A stretch of 60,179 nt of DNA, the filler included, from Sluysia triapertura (lineage: Eukaryota), in NCBI GenBank assembly GCA_046118255.1. It is 3 parts of 3 records of this genome, joined end to end, with 100 filler letters (N's around TTAATTAATTAA, not from the genome) between each part and the next. Parts side by side here need not be neighbours in the genome. Positions count along the whole stretch, not along the records: positions 21,934 to 43,708 come from JBJNIA010246206.1; 2 more parts are not named here. One strand, given 5' to 3'. A model generated the notes under the pieces. The model made no database searches and had not been told where the DNA came from. It saw only the letters and a program-made list of their open reading frames with translations. Both the position numbers and the translations under genes were made by a program. Numbering within the stretch: position 1 is the first letter of the stretch; each line of letters begins with the position of its first letter. This document shows, in pieces, positions 25,451 to 40,085 of the stretch.

Positions 25451-26739
25451 GAAATTTTTAAAAATTCAATTAAATTAAATACACAACCAAAAAATTAAAC
25501 TGCAAAGAGAATGAATATTTCAAAAATGAACAATATTTTTGAGAGAACTAAATAATTTCTTTAAAAAATGTCCTGATTTTATGTTCCTTCTACATCTGAT
25601 TCAAGACATATCGAAATAATTTTTGCATAAACAACGCCATAATGTTATGTTTATTTTACAAAAACAACATTATTGTTTACATTTACTTTTACCGTTTTAT
25701 CAAATTTAGTTGTGCATAAATTAGTAGTTACAAATTAGTTTTATATATAATTATTGAAATATGTATAATTAAATTTTTTAAAATTTTTAATATTTTTATC
25801 CAAAATAAAATTATCAACAGCAACGACGACGACGGTTGCTGTTTTTTTAAAATTTTTTTTAAAATTTTCAATCATAATTCGATATGTCATAATGACCAAA
25901 TTAATCTACCTGAATTTGAAACTATAACTTGAATGTTCTAAGTTAGTGTTTAAAGCGAAATTTGTCAAAGACAAAATTTGCTTGAGAAAAATCTTCATTG
26001 TGACACGCATTTCAACATATTTAAAGTTCATTGACGATTTTTTGCAATATCAAAGCATGATTTAAATGAACTATTATTTTTATCCGAAAGTTTTTCGCAT
26101 AAATTTCAAAAATGCTTAAAAAGAATCTTGCACAATAGGATTAAAACAAAATACTAATAATTTCAGCTGAAAGAATGTCCAAGTAGCATTAAGTCAAATA
26201 TAAAATACTAATTCAGTTTCTTGAATACATCCAGAAAGATTAAAATTGTGTATTAAATTTCAAGAAGCTGAAATTAATGCTTAAGACTTCTAATTTTGTT
26301 ATAGAAATCTTCTTTTATTGTATTGTATTGTATTGTATTTTATTGTAAAATGTTTGAAACCTTATAATGTAAGGATAATTCATTTGAATAATTAGAAATT
26401 AGGTTTAGCTTTCGTTTGAATTTATAAAATGCAATTTTAAAAGCCAAATTAGTAAATTATCAACGTACATATTCATGAAAATATAGAGGTAATGTAGATC
26501 TTTTATTTAGAATATAACAAGGTTTTAGATTCAAATTTTCAAATTGTAGTTAATTATTTTATTATATTTATTTTAATATCGAGTTTTCTGTTTACATAAT
26601 CATGTTCTTGTATCTTATTTTTATCTATTATAAAATTCAATTTGTCCAAAATTAGAACAATTATTATCAGAGTTAAATTGAAATAATTGAAAGACCATGT
26701 AACATGAAAACAATATTGAAAATAAAACCGAAAACTAAC

Positions 26740-26991
26740 TAATGACATTAAAGAATCAGTATTATTAGGACGTGATGGAATGTCTCTAGATTTTCTTTCT
26801 TGCAACTGTTTCTTCAAATCTTTATTTTCATCTTCGAGCTCAATTATTCGTCTCTCAAGTTGCTTCAGCTTCATTCCATCTTGTATCAGTCGCTTACTAA
26901 TAGTCGATGGAAGTGAATCATTAAAGCATATATCTCCATTTATTGTATTTTTTACATTAGTGTTACTTTTCTGTTTATTTATTTCAACTTG
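26740..26991 (-). CDS. Unrecognised gene, coiled-coil exon
   Basis: aatttag|CAA acceptor, TTA|gttagt donor, 84 open codons QVEINKQKSN...MKLKQLERRIIELEDENKDLKKQLQERKSRDIPSRPNNTDSLMSL; heptad pattern. Confidence 0.82.
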
Positions 26992-29216
26992 CTAAATTGA
27001 ATAAATATAATTAAATCTATTTAAAAATTAGAATCATGCTTATTTTAGAATTATTTGAAAGATTGTATGTAAAACCAAATTGTTGTTATAATTAATTTAA
27101 TTATATTTTCTTTTAATTTTATATCTGATTAAAAGTGGCGTTTTTTGAAAAAATTAGTAATTTACATAAATAAAACATCTGTCACGCAACTTGTGACATG
27201 TATTAACAGTACTAAAAATAAATTTATAACTTCAAACAGAAAAAATAGGGATAATTTAGAGCAAATTTTATTTTCGGATTTAAACATTTTATTCAATCAG
27301 ATATATTACATACAATTACACTGATCCAAATAATTAAAATCGATACTTCATAAATTATGCACTTCAATCACTCTTCATATTTATAAATCAATTTCACGCT
27401 TCACTTATGTTAATTTAAATTAATTTTGTCAATAAAATAATAATCGTTATACATATCTATGATTATTTGTGAAACAAGAGATAGTTCAAATAATCCAATG
27501 CTAAATGTCTTATTATTTCCATTTATTGATCTATCCCCATCTGTTGTAGTTAAATAAGTTAAACAATTTCACAAATTTTATTTAAGTGTTATCTTGGTTT
27601 CACATTGAACTATTTTTGACGTAAATGCTTTCGTTTGCACTGTTTAGTTCGTTATAGAAGGTCGATAAAGCAATTTTAGTAAAGGTATGTTGTCAAGTAA
27701 CAAGATTTATCAATTTGCAATTTGAAAAGGCAAAGGAAATCCAATTTCATTCTGAACATTAATTTGTTGAAAATAAACGCATTAATGAAACCGACATTGC
27801 AACCACTCAAGAATTATATTTTATACTAAAAAGTGAAAACTGCTTTTTTAATGTGCAATCCTTTGATAAAACAAAAGACAATCAGGAAGTATTTCAACCT
27901 CGTCTATAATTATCTTGAATGATTCTTAAAAATGATTCCATTTCTTTATCACATTCTTATTCTAAAAGAGCATTCAAAATAAGTTCCGAAAAAATCAAAA
28001 CGTATTTAACTCAAAAAACAAACAAAAATAACTCTTAAAGTATATTAAAGTTTTTGATCGAAAGCAAATTCCAATTTTAAACTATAATTATTCGTGTATT
28101 GAAAAATTTTGTTGTACAACTTCATACTTAAATAAATAAGTCTACTGTTTCGCTTTGAGCCAACTCACAAATGACACATCCTTATTTTTCTAAAATCCAA
28201 ACTAATCCTTGTCAACTATTACTAAACACTTTTTGCAGCATCCTTCGAGATATACACTTTTGAAAGAAAATGGAAAAATTTTTTTAAATTTAATTTAATA
28301 AAACTATTTTATTTTAAAATTTTTATTTAGTAGTTTAGAAATGTTTGTGAGAAAAATCGTGAAATTTACGGATTCATAATTGTGCCGCAAATTAATAATA
28401 ATTGAAGATTTAATAATATGTAAATAGAAAACTTGAGTTACATAAAAATAAAAATAAATTATATACATAAAGCAATCTACAAAGAAATGTATTGAAAATA
28501 ACATAAGACAAGTCACTAAATCACAATTAAACTATCTTTACATTGCACTAATTGAAAATAATCCAGCCATATAATATCGCATTATATGAGAATCTAAACT
28601 ATTAATATTATATTATTTAAAATTTTTTTAACAAACCGTATTTTAATTTTATTTGTGGCAACAAATTAAGTCTTATTTTAAATCTGATTTTTTTGATTCA
28701 ATACATAATTTTCGTCATTTCAAGTCGGTATTAATATGTTGGTTGTTTTGTCACGTTCTGGTAGTCAGAAAAAAATATAAGTGCATATATCTTCATTGTA
28801 CATCTATAACACATAAATCAGGTGGTAGATAAATAATAATAAATTAAGAAAATAACTTAATAAATAGTACTTATTAATAAAGTTTACTCTGGGTTTTGTG
28901 AGTAATGAAATGGCGAATTTAAATAAACAATTTAAACAAAATAAATTAGTTATAAGTTATTACTAAGTTTTTCTACACATAGGCGCATGTACTTATAATT
29001 AATTTTTAACGTTTATAAAATCTAATTTGTCACAAAGTAAAATTTTTTAAATGATTTTTACATTGTGAATCTAAAACCCGAATAAACAGAAAAATCCAGT
29101 AATTTTTAAACCAAATTTGAATTTATTTTATTCAGCCAGAGTTTCTTTTATTATTACAATATTAATTTTTTGATTATTTTAAATAAAATACATAATGTTA
29201 ACAAAACGATAATAAC

Positions 29217-29299
29217 CGTGTTACATGTGGATTGAATAAAAGAATCTCCAGTGGAAGATCCTGAAATTTGTGTTTGGTCGGTAAAAATTTCATTTTGAC
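29217..29299 (-). CDS. Unrecognised gene, internal exon
   Basis: ttacattacag|GT acceptor (phase 1), ACG|gttatt donor (phase 0); (G)QNEIFTDQTQISGSSTGDSFIQSTCNT; bridges the phases of exons 39453-39864 and 26740-26991. Confidence 0.72.
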
Positions 29300-29555
29300 C
29301 TGTAATGTAAAAAAATAAAATATTAAATATAAAAAAAATTTAAAATAATTTGGTTATCTATTTAAGACATTTGACAATGAATTTTAAAATCCGCATTAAA
29401 AACAAAGATTGAAACTGATACTTATAAAAATTTCAGTAACACATTCTAAGTAAATTTTTATAGTGCATAGAAAAACTGAAAAAATGTCTAAGTTACAAGG
29501 CTAAAAAAATTATAAAAACAATAAAATGTCAACGAAAAGCTTTATAAGATGACAA

Positions 29556-29618
<63 letters not shown>
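29556..29618. repeat. (AAT)n microsatellite
   Basis: Direct reading. Confidence 0.95.
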
Positions 29619-29620
<2 letters not shown>

Positions 29621-31807
29621 TGTAATATTTCGTTTTGTAAAAGAATTTTAAACATAATACTCATTTTTACTACTAACATTTTGTAAATAATTAATGTTCA
29701 TTTTAAAATAACGTTAAAATAATAATCCTTAAAAAAATTACTAAGATTATAATGCTTTAGTATCAATTTAAAATGAGATTACATACTGTTAATATAAATT
29801 CAAAATTTAGTAACGCAAATAACAATCAAATTTAAATTAAATTTGTATAGATAATCATTTTAAAGTGAGATTTAATAAAGACAATATAAAATTAAAATTT
29901 ATAAACATCAAACCTTACTATTATAGTTAATAAACTATCTTAAAATAAGAATTAGTAATAACAATATGAAATCAAACTTTAAGAGATTAAAACTTGATCA
30001 AAACATGATTAAGATATTATAATACACAAGATAAATTATATTAAATTCAGATTGAATAGAATTATTATGTAATTAAATATAAATAACATTATTCTCGTCA
30101 AAATTAACTTAAATTAAAGATTTGATAAAAGAGACAAAATTTTGTGCAATCAAAATGAAAAAAAGTATTATAATCGAATAAAATCAATAACAGTAATAAG
30201 AAATAAAAATTTAAGAACATTATATAAAATCAAATAGAATTAGTATAATTAAACTGGAAATAATTTTTAGTAATATTATAATTATTATTATTATTATAAT
30301 TATGAACTGGAAATAGTTCTTATTTGTAATTAATATTTTTATTGATTGATATTTGTGTAATTGATTATTAATAACTAATATTTATAAATGTCATTATTTT
30401 GTGATTAATCTATTATTTGTGTTATTAAAATAACTATTGTTAATATTGAAAATAACTGTAATACGACAATTTGAACATAAGTGTTTAATAATAATTTTGA
30501 ATTTCGAAGATATTGGAGTTTTCTAACAGTGTGGAACTGTTATCTAACAGAAAATTATCTAACATACATTCAGGTACCCCAATAACATTAGAATTTTGAC
30601 ATTCTGAAGATATTAAAAAGAGTTATTTCCAGTTTTAAATGAAATAAAAATGAATCATTTTGCTATTATTTACATGATAGTAAAAATAAATTTTTGTAAT
30701 AATAATTATATTAATTTAAAATTTCCTTAATAAATATTTATTATATCTTTTGTATTTCCTTATATGTAGAATAACAATAAAATAAAAAAAGGGTGTGACA
30801 ATAGGGCCAACAGGATTAGATTAAGTACTTGGATAAAAGAATTAACTTACTATCAAACTCAATAAAGATTAAAGCCAGTAATATAAAATTAGGTTAGGTT
30901 AGGAAACATTCAAACGTTTAAATAAATAAAACTTCGATAGTTGGAATTTCAGACCATCAAAACGAGTATTCGAATTCACACTTCTAAATAAGATAAATAT
31001 AATAAAAAATGCAAATAATACTTGCAGAATAAGAATTTATATTGACAAAAGATTGTACCTTCAGGTAAATTCAAGTATTAATAACAAAGTAAAAATATTA
31101 TTAGCGAAGTTTACTGAAGAATAAGAATCCATATAGTAAAGAAATTTAGATTATTACCCGAAGACCAAGAGTTCATACAAAACATATAATTCTTAATATT
31201 TTTATTTTTACAATAATAATAGATCTTGCCAAACATTTTTTCATAATCCGAATTTAGTATAAATAAATCCAAAATATTAAGTATTAATTATTAATTAATT
31301 AATTAAGTATTAAAATTTTTAAAACTAAATGTGCACTACATTTAATCAAAAATTTAAACTAATTTAAATTAGAATTAATCATTTTCAGCAATAAAATGAT
31401 CTAAATGCTAAGCGGTACGATAAAAATATAAATACAGAATTTTTTGTGGATTGTAAAATGAAAATAAATATGTAATATTAAAAAGTTTAAATTTGCATTG
31501 ATAACGAATAATAGAAATGATAATATCTAAGAACCGTACTAAACTTAATTCATATATGCGAGAGTTTAAATTAATATTGAATTAATCGAAAATTTTTACG
31601 TTATTGAAGTTTTAAATGTGGAAAGTAAAATGCGGAAACTAAAATGAAATATGACAAATTATACTTAATACAAAGTGATAAGACAAGTGACAAAGCCTAC
31701 AACTAGTTGCGAAAAATGTCAAATCTCGGGAAAATTATGAAATACTTAAAAATAAGACAGAGTTCATTCTATTTCAAAAATATTATAAATGATGCGTAAT
31801 ATAACTT

Positions 31808-31840
31808 AATAATAATAATAGTAGTAGTAGTAGTAATAAT

Positions 31841-31893
<53 letters not shown>
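31808..31893. repeat. Compound (AAT)n/(AGT)n microsatellite
   Basis: Direct reading. Confidence 0.9.
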
Positions 31894-34039
31894 GTAAAAG
31901 TAATAATATCATGAGTAAACTTTTCTGTTTACAGAATAGATCTCGAATAGTTTAATAATGATGCTATTTCCATAATTTAACAAAATGTGTTGCATAAAGT
32001 ATTTTAACAAGAACAGAACCTAAATCGAAATAAGATATCAGATTTCACATTAAGTAAAATAAATTTACATAGTACAACATTTTAAATAGTATTTAATTTG
32101 ACATTACATTATGCATTTAAATTTAGTGTTTAAACTACGACAAAATATTCTTTTTAATTTTCTTAAACTAACCTAACATTTTTACATTTAATATCAGAAA
32201 TAATTTTATTTAAAAATTCGCTGTTTATTCCAATAAAATTGTTAGTTCATATTTCCGATTTATACTCCAAATTTGTTTAAAATCAGGATTAATTTAAAAA
32301 ACACGTCTAAAATTAATGTAATGTATTATAAGTGACCACTTCGTTTACAATTGTTAATAAATTCTCATTAGTATCATATACTACTTTATAACATGACAAT
32401 TGTAAATAATTTATATTGTAAACTAAATTCAAGATATAAAGCTGAAATTCTGTATCCTTTAACTTATTAAAATTTAGAAAAATGAATAATAAATATTAAG
32501 GAAATAATAGGAAAAACAGGCATCTGACATGTAAACCTAATCATTAATTTGTCCTAAATACACGAATAGATAGTAGATTTATTGTGGTAATTTTTATTTA
32601 AGATGTGTATTTATCTAGTCAAGTTAGTTTCTCTAGGAAGAATAAAATGCATATATTATTTAATATAAAATTATTTCCAAATGTCATTTGTTTGACAAAA
32701 TTGAGAATTATGATCAATGTCAAAATTGTTCAGTATTATAAAGGAATTATAATCTTTACTACGAAATTTGAAAAATCACGTCCATGAATTCGCAATTCCA
32801 TTCCATTTTAATTGAGATAAATACGCATTACTTACAAATGTATATCGAAGTATGTAATTCAAATTTCGATGGGATATTTCTTTTTGAAAAATAAGGGAAA
32901 TCCCTTCTGAGCATAATTTATTGCATAAATTTGATGGATTTATTGAAATTTTTATTAGATGGTGGCAGTTTTTTATTTTCACAACTGAAGCGGAATCCCG
33001 TCTTTCGTAGTCTCGAACAGTACGGTTCAAAGAACTTTGGAAACAATTAATCGTTTTTTCAGAATTACTTTCATTGTTATTTTCGTGCGTGATAAAAAAC
33101 AATAGACGAAAACACCTGAAAAATTTACCATGTTGTATACATAATTCTATATTACAAATTGTAAAGTATCTATTTATATTCATTAAAGACAGGGGAAAAC
33201 CTACATAGCCAAATTTAATTTAATTTTAATTAACGAGTTTCAAAATTTGATAAATTTATTGATTAATGTTGGATTAGATAAATTATAGAAATGTCAGAAT
33301 AATTATTAAACTTTAAACTTAATTAATGCATGTCAATAAATGATGACTCTTATTCACTTTATAAAACTTATACTTTTAATCCTTTACAAGTTATTAATTA
33401 TTTTAATTGTCACAATATTTAAACGAATATTAAACGGTTTTCAAATCTTAATGTAAATTATTTTTTTGAAAACTCGTCATTCTAACTCGTCTTTGATGTT
33501 AGAGTTGAAAGTAAGAATACAATTTTCTCTAAAAATTTCCAATAAAAAAACTACATAAATTAAAAACTATTTCTAAAATGCATTACAGTTAAAGTTTATT
33601 TTCAATAACAAAAATAATACTAAAAATATAAATACCACATGTAATAAACAATTTACCAAATATAAAAATATAAACAATTAGCTGCGGGATAGTAATATCC
33701 AATAGGAGTCTGGATTTATCCAATTATTCAATAGATCAAGTAATTTATTTCTATGTAGAATTCAAATGTTCAATATACAATATCCTCAACACTTATAAAT
33801 AAATTAAAAATGTGTCATTTAGAATGTAATTATAGCCAAAATTTTTCTCAATTATATTATATAATAATTTTTTCATAATGAAATTTGGCTCTAGTTAATT
33901 TCACTACAAAGTCAATTTTACTCAATGAAGAAATACCGTCACTTTCTTACATAAAATTGTTATTTTCATTCCATACTATACATATTAACAATGATATATT
34001 ACTAACAATGGTATATCGCACTTAATTTCATATAGGAAA

Positions 34040-34172
34040 GTGAAAAAAATTACAATTAATAATTAATCAAGCGGCAATACTCATTTTCCAAGTAAGAAGA
34101 TCTCATGTAATACTTTATCTTAAGAAATTATACTGGCTGCCAATAAAATCAAGAATATAATTCAAAATCATG
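34040..34172 (+). mobile_element. CR1/L2-clade LINE ORF2 C-terminal fragment
   Basis: KLQLIINQAAILIFQVRRSHVILYLKKLYWLPIKSRI*FKI matches LQxxQNxAARLI..HITPxLxxLHWLPVxxRIxFK. Confidence 0.75.
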
Positions 34173-34229
34173 ACAATACAATTTTCGTATTGACTCTTAA
34201 TTACTTTAGAAATAACATTACCCAAAACA

Positions 34230-34980
34230 TCAATTACATGACAGTCGTAGGTATTCTCATAGCCTTCCCTTACATCGGGCATTAATACCGATTTGATTTA
34301 ATTTAACCTGGTAACAATAAAAGGATATTTTTAACAGGAACTCAATAAGCCTCATGACATTATGAAGAATCTAAAATGCACTGGACATCAATAAATATTC
34401 GAATTCCAAATTCAGTCTTGGAATTCCAAATTCAGTTCTTCAACAATATATTAACTTGAGATTGAACATTATTTACTACGCATGAAGGATCTTTAAAGGT
34501 TTTACGTAACTAAGAAATCTGGAATATATAAATTTACTCTCTGAACAATTAATGACAAGACTCAATTACATCTTTTACACGATTATCGGAAAATTTTACT
34601 TTTAAGAGTTCGAACTAATTTTTTCAATACAATGTACCGAATCTATACAATCATCAAACCTCGTCATTGATATATCGCTTTCTAATTTACTCAGACTTTT
34701 AAGATTAGCATTAATAGAAACACTAGATGCATTAACTACAGTATTGAAACTAACATAATTTTTGAATAGAACTTTATTTTTGAAGATTTTTTTTTCAATT
34801 TATTTAACAGTGAATCTTACATTAATTTTTGCCAATAATTGTTAACCTTCAATTTCCAACAACAAATACTTACTAATAAAAACCTTCTATTTTTAACTCT
34901 TATAAAAACTAACTCATAATTGGTTCATTAAGTTTGCTCCAATGATGCAGCAAATTTATATTTCATTGGCTGGGCAGACA
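34230..34980 (-). mobile_element. Decayed repeat-family member (CCAAT-pair leader plus degenerate ORF)
   Basis: CCAATGA..TCATTGG pair at 34939-34969, then KNKVLFKNYVSFNTVVNASSVSINANLKSLSKLESDISMTRFDDCIDS; related to 19070-19800. Confidence 0.4.
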
Positions 34981-37483
34981 ATATAATTTAATCAATAGTT
35001 ACTCAACAACTTACGTTATTTATTATTTGGATATTATTATTATTACCACCACTACTACTACCACTAATACTACATTTAAATCATTAAATTTATTAGTATT
35101 AAATAATAAAAATTTAAATTTATTGAGGCCGAAGTAATATTCTCTCTGATAATGATTCTAATGTTTTTGAGTAGTTGGCTAAGTTCAGGTTCTAACGTTA
35201 GTTTAAAGTTTAGATTAATAGTGAATAAAGTCAAGCAGAAAGCTGTATTAAATATGATGCGTTAAAGGCTGAGGATGATCTAACGGACAGAATTGTTTAT
35301 CAGAACGTTATTATTGAATGATTTGAAGTTGAAATTGTTTAATGTTAATTAATTGAATGTTAAGGGTGACAAATACAGAAAACTATTTAATGATTTAAGG
35401 ATGTATGATTATATTTAAATGTTTTATTGAATGTTTATGAGTTATTTTGTTTCACTATTGATTTCCATTTGAATTTTAGGTGTCACATTTGTATTTGTAT
35501 ATGAATTTGGTGAATGAATTGCGTCGAGGGTTTATAAAATTCGTTAATGTAATTATATGAAAAATTTTATCTACAACTTTTTAACGATATATGGATTTAC
35601 TATTTCGTAAACTAATTTTAAAATTATTTTGAAAACGTTTAACTTAGCCTTAATGCCTTTAACAAAAATTGTAAAAATTAATTCAAACAATACAATTTTA
35701 TATTTAACAATAAAATAACGAAAACGAGGCAATAAAATACCTTTAAATATGGTAGACAAATCAGTGGATATGTTTATAAAGCATATATTCCCAATAATTG
35801 GGTATCTTTGGTATATACATCGGTCATTATCGTCGATATTAAATTATGAATTGCGTTGGTTGGAATAAAAAAACATTTCATTAATTTGTTTGAAAATTGT
35901 ATTGTAAATTTATTTTCTAGTATAATTAATAGAAAAATGCATGAAATTCGTACATTTTATATTGTTTAATGTATCCAAACGAGTAAAAAACATTATGAAC
36001 GGTTTATTACTAAGTCTCGCAAGACTTGAATTTTTTTGACACTAAAGTAATAATTCATTCCATAATATATTTCACATACATTGTATATTTCATTAAATTC
36101 CGGAATATTTCTTTTGGAGTTAAAATGTTAGATGTTGAATAATGTTTTTTAAGTAAAATATTATTTATAATTATAAAAGATTCATTAACTATGATTGTAA
36201 TATATAAAAACGTCATGCAATAGTGTGCAACATTAATTAACAAATTATGAGGAATGAAGAACTCGTAAACATAAAAGCATATAATATGAAAACCACAACA
36301 ATGAAATGAAAGAGAAAAATGATTGACTCTTACTTGTAACGATTTTACTCAGTTGTCCTTGAGTTATTCATTGGTAAAGTTATCTGCACTAAGATTGTTC
36401 GTCTTCGAAATCAAAGTTACATCGTTATTAAATGATGCGCCTGCATGTAGCCTTTATTTATTTTTTATATCTTGTGCTAGTTCGATTGTTACTTCAACGA
36501 CAAAAATATTGGTTTTGTTAGTGTATTTATTTGATATTTTTAGTGTTAAGTGTAATGTTTTGGTGCAATTTTAAATGATAGGTTTAGACCACATTTCTTT
36601 TCCGTTTGCACGAAGGCCAATCTACACCTGGTATTTGAGGATAAAATATAACCGCAGATCTAAAATCAAGTGCTTTGCAATTTGTTATTTTGTTTTGAGA
36701 ATTGCTCGGGTTATCTTTTGTTAAAATAATCTGAAATTGATCTTTTATGAAATTAATTGAATTTCGGCTGGGAAACAAAATAATCGAAAGTTTACATATA
36801 ACTCGACACAAAAATTCCAGTAATATTTTTTCAACAATATATCATTAAAAAACCGAGCTACAAATTTTAAATTCAAGAACAATTCAATATCAAGTACAAC
36901 TATGTATTTCTGCTCCCACTTAACGTCAACGAGAAACTTAGTCAAATCACCCATTTTACTAAAATAAAGCGATAGTGAATCGCAGCCTAATTTATGCGTT
37001 GAATTGAGGCTGTATGAGTGTTTAACTAAAGTGTATGGAATAATATATTAAATCTCATTTTGAATTATATTAAAATAGATTAAATTATTTCCAAATTTAA
37101 AATTAATTCTATCAAAATAAAATATTTTATTTTTCTTCTAAAATCCACATTCGACTTTTGTATTTAATTATTTTTAATTTTTATATAACTTTGATTATTA
37201 TCTTTGATGTCTTTATCAAAATGACACAATATAAACAATAACACAGCATAAACTATTATTTTGATTATTTTAATATCTATTGACGCTATGAATCGAATAT
37301 CGACAGTGTTAAATTGTTCATTGGTAAAATCATAATTTTTACAAATGTTCTTTATGTTTCAGAAGTGTTGAAATGAATGATTTATCTTAAACAATTTTCA
37401 GCAATACAATGCAACCTGTATAAGTAAAAGTGTAAATAAAATAAAAACTAAAATAAAATAAACCCATTTCAAATTTAGTTTAA

Positions 37484-37689
37484 CCCCTTTAACGTTCAAT
37501 TTTTTTCAAAAAAACTCATTTTTTATTGCAGCATTATTTACTAAACTATATTTACAAAAACAATTCAAAAACAAAAAACAATGAAAAATATGATATTTAT
37601 TATATAAGTATATGTTGGTTAGATATATTTTCTACCTAAACATGTCAAAATAACTCGCTCGAGTTAATTCGAGTGTGCGAGTTAAGGGG
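37484..37689. mobile_element. piggyBac-type non-autonomous element (MITE)
   Basis: TTAA|CCCCTTTAAC ... GTTAAGGGG|TTAA: CCC-initiated TIRs with TTAA duplication on both sides. Confidence 0.75.
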
Positions 37690-38541
37690 TTAATCTTCAT
37701 TTCCAATTTAAATTAATTTTTATATAAAATTTAAATTAATTATTTTACATGTAAAATTTAAGTATTAAGTAAAAAAGTAATTGCTTAATGATAATACAAA
37801 AATTTTAAAGAAAATAAAAATAGTTAATTATCTAAGGGATTTTAAAGAAAAGTAATTAATACCTAATGGATTGAAGAAAGAAGAAATATTTACTTAATGG
37901 ATCTTAATAGATTTTCAAATAGACAATAATTTAATGGAAAAAAGTAACTACAAACGTATTTCACGGAATAATAATCTATTCAAAAAGTAATTACAACAGT
38001 TATAGGCAATTATACAACATTTCCAAGTGGATATAAATAGAAAATCATTTTAGCCGAAAAGTCATTTCGAAAAGATATTATTTTAAGAGGTCAAATTCCG
38101 AAAAGGTATTCAATCCGAAGAAGAAAAAAGGTATCACTTGTAAAATAATTAACTTAACTGATTAACTATTAACGATATTTGATAATATTTGATTAATTCG
38201 GTTTTAGAACAATATTACGAGCATTTCATATTTTGGTGTATTAACTATTTTATTTATGATGTTAAAAATTTTGTAATATATTTTGTTTAAATTCGGCTTT
38301 TGTTTTTAACTAAAGAAAGGTATTTAGAGTTCAGACAACCAAACTTTAACGTTTTTAATTAAAAGAAAGTGTTTAGAGTTTAGACAATCTAATTTTTGCA
38401 CTTCCATCGTTCCATCTACGACGAGTGAACGAACGACTCCAGATAAGTATTAGTAAAAATTGAACTCACGAAATTAGTAACTGTTGAGAATAAATCTAAA
38501 ATAAAACTATCAAGACAAAATTTGATGACAAAAGTATCAGA

Positions 38542-38597
<56 letters not shown>
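38542..38597. repeat. (AAT)n microsatellite
   Basis: Direct reading. Confidence 0.95.
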
Positions 38598-38599
<2 letters not shown>

Positions 38600-39383
38600 T
38601 GCGAAGAATAAAAAAGTATATGCATAAAGATAAACATACATACACGAATAAGAACAAACCAAACATCGCAACAACAAAGTTTTAACAATTATAAATTTTT
38701 ACGACTATGTTATGTTTTGTACGCATTGAGTAATTTGTTATTGTAAGAAATGTTGATTTGTGTTGATGTTTGTGATTGTCATGAGTTGATCTGAAGTTCA
38801 CTAGACATTGAATAATGTAACGTTTTACTTGATAATGATACATGAATTATGGAGTGTTCATGTAATTTTTTGAATAATAAATTTAAATGTTATTATTCAA
38901 ATATTATTATACATTATTATATAAAATATTATTATATATGTATGATATTAGTATTATATAGCAAAATTTTTCTAAAAATAAAATAGAATTCTAATATTGA
39001 TAATGATTGCAAAAAACAGTTGGTATTTGCAAGAGTACAAAAACAATGACTAAAAATGACTAATTTTACCATGAAACACGTTCAGATATAGTCAATGTAA
39101 TAAGAAACGATTAATTAGTAGTTTCAACATATAATATACAAAATTTTCACCAATTTACTAGAAAAATAAGTAAAATTACAGACAAAACAATGTTCATTGT
39201 TATTATAGATGTATTAATGAGTATATAGAAAATTAATTAATCAAAACTTAAATATAACGTGGTAATATATGATGCTTCTAAATTAATTAAAATAGCCTTT
39301 TGACAAATTTAATTTATAATTAAAAACAGTGATTTTTGCTTATAAAACTATAAATAACCAATAAAATTAGGAATATACTTTCA

Positions 39384-39423
<40 letters not shown>

Positions 39424-39452
39424 TTTATAATCAGATACAATGTTATACTTAC

Positions 39453-39864
39453 CATTCTTTCCTAAACCTCCGGCTGATCCAGCTGTTCCTATCACATGTC
39501 GAGCAGTATAAGTACCATCTGTCAAATCACTACTACTACTTGATTTTTCATCAGAAACATTTGTAACACTAGTAGCTGCAACGCTTCCTCCTGCATTAGA
39601 CAGTGCATCAAATGGTAAAGTATCTAATGAAGGAGGTAAGGCTGAAATAAACATTTGCTTAGTGTTAGGTGGCGGTGGTAGTACTTCTACTTGACTACCA
39701 ATATCAATCAAACCTCCACCAGAACTACTACTACTGCAACTATTAATTGTGGCGATTTTACATAAAGATTCTGGCTGTGTACTTGTCATTGACACATTTG
39801 GTTTATCAAAAGAAAACTGAGCTGATTGTAATCGCTTGAAAGTGACATCAGGAGTTTTAACATC
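39453..39864 (-). CDS. Unrecognised gene, large Ser/Thr/Pro-rich exon
   Basis: ttttattag|GAT acceptor, G|gtaagt consensus donor, 412 nt open and GC-elevated: DVKTPDVTFKRLQSAQFSFDKPNVSMTSTQPES...VEVLPPPPNTK...GTAGSAGGLGKN. Confidence 0.88.
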
Positions 39865-39964
39865 CTAATAAAATTTGTAAATTAATGCAAATCTTTATGA
39901 AGTTTAATGTAAAAAATTATAAAAACAATAAAATGTTAAAAAGTAGCATTATAAGCTGACACAA

Positions 39965-40021
<57 letters not shown>
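39965..40021. repeat. (AAT)n microsatellite
   Basis: Direct reading. Confidence 0.95.
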
Positions 40022-40022
<1 letters not shown>

Positions 40023-40085
40023 GATTCAATCAAACATTTTTATAATCATAATTTAGTACAATAAATCCAATATATTAAATCTCAC

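Noticed and set aside
30930-30965. SIVGISDHQ as a LINE endonuclease SDH motif
   Set aside because: Too short and isolated to call.
32776-33183. 135-aa ORF as an exon of the minus-strand gene
   Set aside because: Its best acceptor is phase 2 and does not fit the phase-1 donor at 39453; no recognisable domain.
36334-36730. Exon-like segment with acceptor near 36731 and donor near 36333
   Set aside because: Stops in all frames across it and no phase match; not supportable as coding.
38416-38688. Poly-Ile/Leu/Tyr ORFs (also 21213-21410, 43576-43764, 55824-56015)
   Set aside because: Translations of (AAT)n microsatellites.
39660-39720. LIDIGSQVEV as the start of a CAP-Gly (CYLD-like) domain
   Set aside because: No GxVR(W/Y)IG or GVEL core follows; the downstream sequence is low-complexity.
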